From Cenococcum geophilum (lineage: Eukaryota): 64,000 nt of DNA. The DNA lies in contig CP158635.1 in NCBI GenBank assembly GCA_050273025.1, positions 3,162,001 through 3,226,000 of the forward strand, read 5' to 3'. The notes beneath the pieces were generated by a model, which saw nothing but the letters and a program-made list of their open reading frames with translations, had not been told where the DNA came from and ran no database searches. This document shows, piece after piece, positions 13,308-23,275 of this stretch. Position numbers and translations under genes: made by a program. Numbering within the stretch: the stretch's first letter is position 1; each line of letters begins with the position of its first letter.

Positions 13308-13473
13308 TTTCAGCTACATTTTAGTCTCCCCTTTTGATTTATTACTTGTACCTTCTTCGTGTATATATAGACGCTTTAGAGCTACATTTACAATCAAGTT
13401 GCTCGTTCAATTCTCCCACACTGCAGAGCTTACATATCTGGCTGGTCCTTCCCCCTAGCAGATATGAAGAATC

Positions 13474-13869
13474 TCAACCTTTAGATGATCGTAATCGTTC
13501 GCTTTTCTGCCCCTGTAAAGACTTCTTCATCGTTATAAATAGTGCAATGACTAATTCGCTTATATGCACCATCAGTAAGACCAACACATCTGCGACTCCC
13601 CGATCTATCCTACGATCAGCATCGAGAGCTCGTGAATGAGAATCCATATTGAGAATTTTCAAACACAGGTAACTTCCACAACCGGGAGCCAGGGCCCTGG
13701 AACCACCTTTAGCTGCATCTGGCGGCCAAGTTTCCTCGATTATGACTGGTACCTTTTTCACAAAAAGTGCCTCTAAGCAAGGTCGTCGATGGTCGTGCCA
13801 AAATTTAGCTCGCTTTGGATAATGTCTTTCGTTGTAATAAGATTTTGCTAGTTTTATGACTATACTCAT
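13474..13869 (-). pseudogene. Possible relic of a thiol/thiopurine-type SAM methyltransferase
   Basis: SRALAPGCGS...RGVADVLVLL resembles the RALVPGCGRGYDVLLL motif I of fungal TPMT-family enzymes. No downstream part of the domain is recognisable. Confidence 0.3.
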
Positions 13870-14558
13870 TTGATAAACTCGGGGTTTACTGCCCCAAAGG
13901 GTACTGACGATAATGATGTGGTTGTGTTGGCTTTGATTACTTCGAATACGATAGGTTGCCTTATTTCTTCTCTATAGCTATAGTAATTCTATGTCTAGGG
14001 ACACTGCTGTCCACTTTTGGTGGTTTTATTAGCAGTTTTGAGTTGCCTTTTACTAGGGGCTAAGACTTAAGCAGGCTGTCTATTCTAGTAGAACTTTCAA
14101 CTTTTAGTATTTCGACAGAGAGGGCCGTAGTGTCGACTAAAATCGGCTTGTCTTACCACCCTGTTGCTACAACCTTCCTCATGTATATATAGTCTCTGTT
14201 TCTCCACAGATCAATCGACACACGAGTTCCTGACCTGGTATTTCCGGTCAACAATAGCTGATAATAGGATTTGCTGGAGAGAAGTGCAACTGTCAGTGGT
14301 CAGCTCGGACTGTAGTCCGTAATTCTTCACCCACTACCCCATAACACATTTGCCGCCCCTCAAGCAGTTTTTAACATCACCAGGAGCACGGTTCGTACCT
14401 CAAATTTATATACAGCCATGGCAAATTGTTTAATATTCAATATTTTGTCAATAAATATCAATACGGCGTTATACTGATGCTGAATGCTAATAAAAGCCCG
14501 ATCTCATTTCTTAACGTTATGAATTCCTAGACAAAAGAAACCGGTCAACCAAATCCCC

Positions 14559-16218
14559 TCACATATACGTCCCATCATAAACCAGATCCCACAACGGCCG
14601 CCCCTTCCTCCCCAGCTGCCCCCCAACCTCATTCCTCAACGGCCACTCACTCGCCGGCGCCTGATGCGCATACCACGCCCCTCCCCCATCATGCACCCCG
14701 CCATCGTAACCCCCCGCACTGCCGTACGAAGGGTCGTAGTCCTCGACTACGCATGCTCGTTCGAAAACGGATCCCGCAGCCCAGCATACCCCCCTGTCCC
14801 ACCCATTCATTCGCCGCCGTGTACCCCGCATGCGCATTCCCGAACCGCGATAGCCCAAACGCTGGGCTGAGCGGGGAGAGCGGCAAGGCGGCAGTCCCGC
14901 CAGCAACACCACCACCAGACCCCCGCCTCCGCCCTTCCCCTCCCGCCCCTAGCCCCGCCACGGCAACCGTCCACACCCCCGTCCCCAAGTGACAGCCTCC
15001 GCGGACTCCTCGCCGGCACAACCGGCAGCGCACCCCCCTCCCTCATCCCATTTCCCTTCCCCGGACCCTCAGGCACCGACCCCAAACTCCCAAAACTGCC
15101 CCGCGACCTCGAACCGCTAGGATGGTACGGCACTACGGGCGGCGGTGGCGGCGGGGGGTTATGCTCGTAACTCGGCCCGCCAATCCCACTACCATGCAAT
15201 CCGGAGTCGTCGTACGCGCGGTGCGAGAGCGGTTCGCCGGCGCCGCCACGCAGCGGGTGGTGTGGGGACGTGCCCATCGCCATCGCCATCGCCATCGCCA
15301 TCCCTAGATTGTGGTCGCGGTCGTGGGAGGTAGAGTGCCCGTGCCGGGGTGTCGTGGGCAGGAATTCCGGGGTGGGAGGGCGGCTTGCGCGGGGGTCTTG
15401 GTAGTTGTGGCGATGGTGGCGGCGGCGGAGGAGGAGACAGCATGCGAGGAGGGTGGCGGCGAGGGCGAGACGGCGAGGAGGATGCCGACGCCTAGGCCGA
15501 TTTTGGTGCTGACGGAGAGGCTGGGGAGGGGGGATTGGAGGGTGTGTTAGTGGAGGTTGGGGCCGCGATGGGGATGGCGATGGAGCCGGCTGAGACGGTT
15601 ACGAGGGTTGTGATGTATTTTGTTGTTGTTGGGGCGGCGGGAGATGGGGATGAGGAGGCGGATGAGGATCCGGATGAGGAAGGGGAAGAAGCCTGGGTTG
15701 TCGTGGGCTGTGTCGCGGAGTTTTTTAGTGTCGGTCTTTCAATTGTACGAGATATGAATGGGGAGAGCGGACATACCGAAGCAGAGGCGGTTGACGGGCC
15801 GTATTGCTGGACCAGGTAACTCTGGATATCGGTGGGCAAGGCGGTAAACCAGGCCAGCTTCGACCCGCCTAGGAATTCTAACATGAGGATTTGGGAGACG
15901 GCGGGAATCTTGGTTGCGGCCACCTCGCGGAGAGACTCGGGATGCTGTGAGGAGCACATCTGCCAGAGACTCTGAGAGAGAATTAGTATAATTATTCAAA
16001 TGGGAAATTACTATAGAAGACAAAATATAGATATTCAATGAAGAAGACGACCAAACCAAAGGTACATACGGATCAATGGCACTTTGCTTCTTCCTCAAAT
16101 CCACCCTTGCTGGTCTAGGAGCAGGTGTAATGGTTGGTTTTGGTGTTGCAAGACCATGATCTCAATAGAAGCCCCTCGACTCGGTAATTGCCATGAAGCG
16201 GAAGATGGAGGAGTGCAT
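14559..16218 (-). pseudogene. Frameshifted single-pass membrane protein gene (Ser/Thr-rich ectodomain, TM helix, Pro/Gly-rich tail)
   Basis: Coherent protein pieces spread over different frames: MHSSIFRF...FY* TPKPTITPAPR; SLADVLLTA / PESLREVAATKIPAVSQIL...WFTALPTDIQSYL; a Ser/Thr-rich stretch; LSVSTKIGLGVGILLAV / LAATLLACCLLLRRR; SRPPTPEF. One early stop and several frameshifts; these could also be assembly errors in GC-rich runs. Confidence 0.55.
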
Positions 16219-16939
16219 TTTGGCATAGGAGAATAACGCAGGTACAATCACGCCGCGGGGCAGATCAGTTCAGTGCCTGGTGGCCCGTCCATCCTTTTTA
16301 ACCCGCCACTCCTCCCTTCTCGAAGGTTGCCCCAGACTCGCTGATCGACGCCACGCCGTGGCTTGATCAACATCTATGGTTGACGTTTCCATGCAAACAG
16401 GTCCCGACCCTGACTTCGGCACTGCTTGGACTGGTTTAGTCTGCAATGCACTGTGGCTCGTGAGAGGGGGAGCATGGGGAAGCGAGGTGGAGAGGCTGTG
16501 CACGGTCCACAATTTGGTCTTTTGGCCAACGTCAGGATAAGCCTAAAATATAGTATGCCATCGGCAACTTGACCTGCTACATTTAGCTTAAGTGGCGAGT
16601 AGGGCTGCAGAGGTTACGGAATATATTTCCCTGCGCAATCAGCGTTTTAAAGTTTGCAGTGGATGATGGAAGCACGTATGCCATGTATCATAATAATTCC
16701 TCGTCTAGACGGGACGAAGAAACGAAGAGAGAGCAGTTCCGTGTATGGGAATACCCTAGGGCTTGATTGTATAGAATTTCTTTTCAGAGCTAAAAAAGAT
16801 TGCTGCATACTCAGGGTACCTACAGATCGTCTGCTCAATCATCCACTGAAACGACCACACGAGCGACGTTGTCCCGCGGTTTTGAAGGACCCTGGTGCTG
16901 ATAGCGTGGGCCAAAGAACCCGGGCCCCTCCGTCCAACG

Positions 16940-17310
16940 AAATCCTCAGCACGCATCGCACCTTTGCCAACCGTGCTGGGATAATCGCACTTGTCAAACG
17001 GGTCGTGTTGCAGCCGTGACGATTTGCATGCCATCCCCAAAGCACCCAGACGTACAAGGCTTACACAACCTCCAGTCGCAGAACTCATCAGCCTCGCACT
17101 CTAACGACTTCACGCAAGGGCTTCTGTGGCATTCATTTGTAGGCAAAATATCTGTGGAGGGCCAAGCGCCGATCTCGACGTGTAAAATTCGTCTTCTTGC
17201 TCCCATCGAGAGATCAATGGGTTAGGAGGGACAAAGCCATACGGATTGAACCTGCGGGCATCGAAAGTTTCCTCTGCTCTAATTTGATGCTTCACTTCCG
17301 AATTGAGCAT
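16940..17310 (-). pseudogene. Possible relic of a cysteine-rich domain gene
   Basis: Across frames: ECHRSPCVKSLECEADEFCDWRLCKPCTSGC / LGMACKSS / GCNT / FDKCDYP. Regular Cys spacing, but frameshifted and without a clear start. Confidence 0.3.
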
Positions 17311-17622
17311 GAGATATCAAGAACTGAAGTGTCCGACAGCTAATACAAAATGCTCGCCATGGACTGCCTGTATCAAACAAACCCGATACGCGTGCGTGCT
17401 CACATAACAGTTCTGCTTATGGCTCGTCTGGCTGTTTCTGCTCGTCCTGACCTCCTAGGCCCTGCTCCACAATACACCTGCTCTTGATTCCATCGCATAG
17501 GTGTGTACTTCGGGGCGCTCAAGAAAAACCTGGCCTGCAAGCTTGATACGCCGCGGTATGATGTGTTATCAGGCGTCTGTCGCCCACACGTTATCTTCCT
17601 AGCACCCTTATATCCCATTCTC

Positions 17623-18290
17623 TCATCGGCCTGCCCAAACGCCCTCGCCCCTTCCAAATCCTGCAAGCCCTAATCCTCCCTTCCCTTCATTAACAGGTCT
17701 CTTCGCGACCCTCCCCTGCGCCTTGACTCCGTCAACAACTTTATCCAACTGCGTTTCAACAACGACACCTCCAACAATCAACTCGCTGAGTGCTGCATGA
17801 AGTGTCTCAAAGTTGAAAATCAGGTCCAATTCGCATACGTTCTCGAAGAGACGGTCAAGCGCCTCGACGAATACTTGGATTAGGTCGAGCAGCGCAAGCG
17901 GAGATTCGGTCGAGGTAGATATAATAATGAAGTAGAGAGTCGCATAGTGCCGATAGGTCACGAGGGAGGGAGTATCATTGTGGGGTGTAGTGGGAGTGGA
18001 GGACTTGCTGCTGCTAGCAAGGAGGGGCGGAAGCCTAGAGAACTTTGTTAGAGGCGAGTCGCGCGATGAAGACCACATGCACTTACGGGAGGAAGTTGCA
18101 GGATGAGTTGGGGCGGTTGGATACGAGGGTGAAGATTTCGGATATTAGACGTTGCTGTACGCTTGTCTCCTGTAATACAATCGTTAGAACGCCAGTAAGC
18201 CACTCCTCTGAAGAGCCATACCAGCTGGGTGTAGAATTTAGTGAGGCGCGGCTGGCCGGAGTTATTGAAAACAAGCACAGCGTTTATCAT
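17623..18290 (-). CDS. APS3: AP-3 adaptor complex sigma subunit, 3 exons
   Basis: Exons 18290-18222 (MINAVLVFNNSGQPRLTKFYTQL), 18169-18087 and 18034-17623. Motifs YRHYATLYF and LDLIQVFVEALDRLFENVCELDLIF. Confidence 0.95.
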
Positions 18291-18539
18291 AGTGACTCCA
18301 GCTTAGCGCATGCAGATATACGGTCTTGAAAAAGAGTGTTGAACAAAAGCAAATCGGAGATGGTCCTGCAGCGTTGAGATCTCCAATGTGGGGCTTCGGC
18401 GGGAAGTTGCAGGGCCCAAGCTCCTTGAAAGCTTGCCCGCATCTCTTTGGATACATTCTATCGTCACCTTTACTCTATCTAACGCTTCCAATTGCTATAT
18501 CGAGTTCTCTTCGTTTAAGTTTCCTCCTATACCATCAAA
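18291..18539. promoter_or_regulatory. Short divergent (probably bidirectional) promoter region between APS3 and frataxin
   Basis: The head-to-head ATGs at 18290 (-) and 18540 (+) are separated by only 249 bp. Confidence 0.6.
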
Positions 18540-19252
18540 ATGCTCTCAAATTCAATGTCCCGCCTTAACAGTGCTGCCCTTCGCAGCACCGTCCGCGCCA
18601 ATGCCCATCCACGAAGCCCTGTATTATCCTTCTTTACGGTCCGAAACCCTATCAGCACATCTCTCGAACGCCAGGGAATTGCTGCATCTCTAAATAAATC
18701 GAATACATATGCAGTCCGAAGCTTCCATACCTCGCCTCTCCGCAATGGCATCATGCCAGACTCAGCGGATCCAGCACCGAAAGAGAGCGAAGCGAACGAG
18801 CACGTCACATCTCCGACGAACCTCTCCTACGAGGAATACAACCAACGCGCAGATGAGTACCTAGGCTTGCTAATGAACAGGCTTGAGCAACAGCAAGAAA
18901 GCCGACAGGATTTAGAGGCTGACTATGCTGTAAGTTGATTCGTCCTGTTTCGATCTTAAACGCATCTTGCGCTGATTGGTCGATCTTGATAAAGGCCGGT
19001 GTTCTTGAAGTCAACATCGCATCAAAAGGAACCTATGTTCTCAACAAGCAACCTCCCAACAAGCAGATCTGGCTCAGCTCTCCACAGTCTGGCCCTAAGC
19101 GATTCGACTGGGTCGTTACTGGGGAGTCGATGAACCAGAAGGAAGGCGGCGGCGTCGGTGATTGGATCTACTTAAGAGATGGAACTTCTTTAACAGATTT
19201 AATCAGAAAGGAGTTGGGTATTGAGCTGGGTACTGATACCGATGTTGCGTAG
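18540..19252 (+). CDS. YFH1: Mitochondrial frataxin, 2 exons
   Basis: Exon 1 18540-18929 has an Arg/Ser-rich presequence. Intron 18930-18994 (GTAAGT..AAG). Exon 2 contains GTYVLNKQPPNKQIWLSSPQSGPKRFDW. Confidence 0.95.
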
Positions 19253-19763
19253 TCGGAACCATGTGACTAAACGAATGTTACAATCAACTTTTGGGGCGGA
19301 ATATTGGTTGCTGAGTTTGGAGCTGTCGTTTCATTCTGTGGACGTTGCTTAACGTGTAAGTCTCACGCTGATCAAAAATTCATCACCATTTCGATAGGGA
19401 CAATAGTTCCTTGCTGCCATGACGCCTTACTGGCAGAATTCTCATGAGTCTATGAACACTATTTGTACACCTCCTTTCATCAACCTTCGCTTGCTATCCC
19501 ACGTGTAACCCTTCGACTTCCTATGCCCCTTACGCCACAACACCCCCGGTGCCTCTCTCTGCGGCCAGTCTAGTGCTTAAGCCAACAGGTATGGCAGCAT
19601 GAGTGTGACATGCAATGATGTGTGAGACATGCATGGCATTCGGCTGCAAGGTGGCACTCGCGATCGACAAAGTACGAGGGAGCCGGCAAACGAAGAGTTC
19701 TGATGACTCGAAGTGCCTTCTCCTGAACCAACCCCTTGATACTGATCGTCTGTCTCTCTGCCA

Positions 19764-20077
19764 TCAAACTGCAACTACCACCTTCTGTGGTTCACCCTGA
19801 GCCTCTTCTTTTGGTAAACCGTCCTAAATGTGTCACAACAGTTAGCCTTTCCTTGAGATCCCCAAATCCAATCACAACACCACAAAAGGCAACTCACCAC
19901 CTCAAAAATAACTTTAATCATCAAACTGCAGCTTGGGCAGACAGCAACCTCCTCTCCGTCTCGCAGATCCGAGACCGCGATCTCGAAGCGGTCGCCGCAC
20001 GGGCACGGGTAGTGGTAGATTTGTAGCTTGGGATCGAAGGTCATGTCTTCGATTTCGATTTCGTCGTAGAAAGACAT
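19764..20077 (-). CDS. DPH3: Diphthamide biosynthesis protein 3 (CSL finger, Kti11), 79 aa, 2 exons
   Basis: Exon 20077-19898 reads [12 protein letters not shown]...YPCPCGDRF...[14 protein letters not shown]. Intron 19897-19824 (GTGAGT..TAG). Exon 19823-19764 reads [19 protein letters not shown]. Confidence 0.95.
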
Positions 20078-20504
20078 ACTGGGCGACTGCGTAAGTTTAG
20101 TCGTACACTGTCTTTAGTTTTATAGGGGTGTTAGTTGGCGGTTCGTAAAAAGAACTGTAGCCTCAGTGGGTTGGAAATTTTGATGATTGCCACGCGGGGA
20201 CTTGAGTCACAGGGCGGATCGGGTGGGTGAGCGGTTTTTTTTTAGCTGCGACTTGCCAAGGTGGTAAGTGCCGAGTGGACGAGAATTAGCTAGACCAAAC
20301 AACAAAGTTTTTGAGAGGACATTTGGTTATTTCTATAACACCGGTCTAACTTGTAGAAGAACTCATAGAAAGACGCCTTGAAGAGGTCCTAGAGTTGTGT
20401 TGGTGGGAGACTTGTCATCAAATTGGACTACATAAGCTCGAAATCTAAGATAAAGACATAAGTGTTTCTACTGGTTGCGAAATGAGTTAGATTGGTATGT
20501 TGAA

Positions 20505-21200
20505 TCAGCCAGGAATATATCTCCTCGTCCACCAGAGTCGGAACGGCATGTCTTCATTCCCGTCTGGCTGTCCATACAGGTGTTCATTCATCCCCATTTC
20601 TTCCATTGCTTTATCACCCTCTTTTGACATTGAAAGCGCAATTGCGTATAGGTAGCATCCATATTTCGTGTATTCTCTCTTTATTACGTCATTGATTTTC
20701 GTAATGTCTTCCGCAACCGCCTTTTGAAACCGCTTCTTATTGCGCTCACTCTCACATTTGAGCTCTATCACCACATTCTCCCGGTCCAAAAGATTGGCGT
20801 AGTCCATGTTGTCGTTCTCGGGGTTGATGATGAAATCGGCCGCACGTGGGCTGGCTCCTTGGGGGTCGGCATATACGTGCTCTTCTCGATCAGCATTGAA
20901 CAGTGCGGCCAACTCAACCTGCGCCCAGCCTTCCCAACCACCCTTTCTCTGCCACATCTCACCAATCTTCTGTCTGTTGGACTTGTCGTCGCCCCAATCC
21001 ATAATTGCGTCGAAGACCATCCCATGCACAGTCGTTTTGCCCTCATCATGAGCTTCGTCTTCATCATGAGACTCGTCGCTCATCTGGCCGGAGCTGTCAC
21101 TCTGATCGTCGGTGCCATTTCCCCCCTCAAACTCGTTAGTCCAATACATGCCACTAACTGGATCATAGAAGGTTTGTGGCTGATGTGGTCCAGAATCCAT
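20505..21200 (-). CDS. Hypothetical protein with PD-(D/E)xK nuclease-like motifs, intronless, ~231 aa
   Basis: Open frame from the ATG at 21200. Acidic N-terminus, then GGWEGWAQVEL...REEHVY...RAADFII...VVIELKCE...VAEDITKI. The fold assignment is inferred from motif spacing only. Confidence 0.65.
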   Translation of the reverse strand: MDSGPHQPQTFYDPVSGMYWTNEFEGGNGTDDQSDSSGQMSDESHDEDEAHDEGKTTVHGMVFDAIMDWGDDKSNRQKIGEMWQRKGGWEGWAQVELAALFNADREEHVYADPQGASPRAADFIINPENDNMDYANLLDRENVVIELKCESERNKKRFQKAVAEDITKINDVIKREYTKYGCYLYAIALSMSKEGDKAMEEMGMNEHLYGQPDGNEDMPFRLWWTRRYIPG

Positions 21201-21956
21201 TGCATAGATCGATGGAGAAACTTCGTCCAAAGACACCGGCGATGCAACACTCAGTTATCTCAAAGTAGTGTTGTGTTAACGATTTTGGTATGTGGACATG
21301 AAACGGAAGAAGTCAAGTTCCTAAAGAGATTCTGCGAGGCTTAATTTCGGCTCCAAGCGGTGTATGGAAGATGAAAATAAAGGTGGGTCGGTCTCTTCAT
21401 GGTTCATTTAATGACACTTATATACTCGCATAGCAATGCAGGCGCTACACCAACCGCCCAACCATAAAGACGGTCACCAATCGCTGAGCATAAAAGGTCT
21501 TGCTAACAAGGCTGAGGCATTCAACTTTGAGAGATACGGAACCTCGCCAATAGAGCGTTATCATAGCCTCGCTATAGACAAGGCTGAGACATGCTGTATC
21601 ACGATCATTCTGATTATCTGACCAACCGCAGACCAAGATTCCAGGTCCCTCAGCAGTCCTCGCAGAATCCATACGTAGATAGTAATTTCGTGCTGTGTCC
21701 GCCGTTTTTAGCAGCGTGGACACGCCATCTGCGAGCGCGTCACCGCCCAAGAAAGACTGCATTCCTGCACGGGTGCAGATGACTCCCCCGCCTTTACGGT
21801 AAGTATGTGCAAGGCAGCTTATAATGATTGTGGTGTCGTGCTCGCGCGAAAGTTGACGCTTTCGAAGATTGGCGGACTAGTGAGTAGCGGACAGCGAGCG
21901 ATCCAATTAGTGCAGTTAGTTAGCTATTTTTCTCGAGCTCGCAGCTAAGCTAACTG

Positions 21957-23045
21957 TTAGACACACTGATAAGGACTATCCTTTATGGCCTACTTTGGCT
22001 AAATAGACGCGATATAAAGGTAAATAATTGCTACCTAATATAATTATACGAAACACGATAGTAGAAAGCTTAAAATTAAAAAAGAACTTAAAATATATTA
22101 TGATAGTTATAATATAGTTATATAATATATAGATATTAAGGAACTTTAACCGCTGGTTAAAGTTATCTAATTAGTTAGATTTGCCTTGTTAAGACCCGCT
22201 ATAAAGATATTAGTTCCGCTTACCGCCTTAACTAAGCTAATAATAATTTTCTATACCTGGTATAGAAAATCCTAATTGGTTTATTTAATAAGTAAAACTG
22301 GTAAAATACTATACCGCTACCTAACGTAAATATATAAAACATGATAAGTTATAAGTTTTAACTAAAATTAAATTATTTTAAACCTTTAGCTAAAGGGGGG
22401 GATTATAACGGGACTAGCCCAGTTATAGTAGGAACGTCTTAATAAAATACTTAACGGATAAATTCTAACGCTTTAACTAAATTCTGCTAAATTCTACTAG
22501 CTTTATTATTAACTCCTGCTAAGTTCTACTAGATTAATTAAATTCTACTAAAGCCCGTTAAAGACTGCGTGCATATATACGTATATATTAACCGCTAAAA
22601 CCCTTAACTATTTAATTATAAGACTCTCACGTTATTCCTTTCTCTTCTTTATATAATATCTTATTCTCTATAAGAGCTATATACTCTAGAAAATATTATT
22701 AAGAATATTAATAGCTTCTTAGGCGCTAGTAAAAGCTTTATATCCTTTAAGTCGCTATATAGTTATAACTGATTAAGAAGCTTCCTAAATACCTTAGGCC
22801 TTATATAAGTTAGATTTATAAGTTATTACTTATAGCCGTAGAGCAATTACAGTATCCGCTTTATTTATCGCTATATATTAGTATACTAAGTATAAACGCC
22901 CCCCAAAAAAAAGCTTATTGCGATTATAAAGGTTAAAATAATAAAATTAGATAAGATTTGCAAATGTAACAGCAGTATCACGATTAGGGTATGTGGAGTC
23001 GCCATATTACAAAAAGTCGTTACTTTAGCGTAGGTTATTCCGACA
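21957..23045. mobile_element. RIP-degraded, unclassified TE fragments at the left edge of the nest (PPT followed by an LTR-like start at 22404; LTR-like start TGTAACA at 22965)
   Basis: Abrupt switch to TpA-rich sequence. aaaggggggga t|tataacgggactagccc at 22392-22420 looks like a polypurine tract followed by a RIPed TG LTR start. Confidence 0.45.
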
Positions 23046-23050
23046 CTAGT

Positions 23051-23275
23051 TATTAGCGACTTAGTCAATCGAGACATAAGCACGGCAAAAGGGTCGCGCA
23101 AGCCTATACGATTAGATTGTCTATAAACGAGAATCTAAAGCTAAGGAAAAGGAAAGGAAAGGAAAAGTAGCAACGCGAGGAGTTATATACGATCCCTAGT
23201 CACGTAAGAGCTACGTAAGCCCTGCGTCTACTATAACGTCTACCATAGCTACCGCTTTCTGCCAGTGCCGTAACA
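23051..23275 (-). repeat. 3' LTR of Gypsy A
   Basis: Direct repeat of 54658-54882; tattagcgac...gccgtaaca. Confidence 0.9.

Noticed and set aside
20724..21344. 206-aa plus-strand ORF
   Set aside because: Overlaps the minus-strand nuclease-like gene in antisense, starts at TTG and has no recognisable motif.
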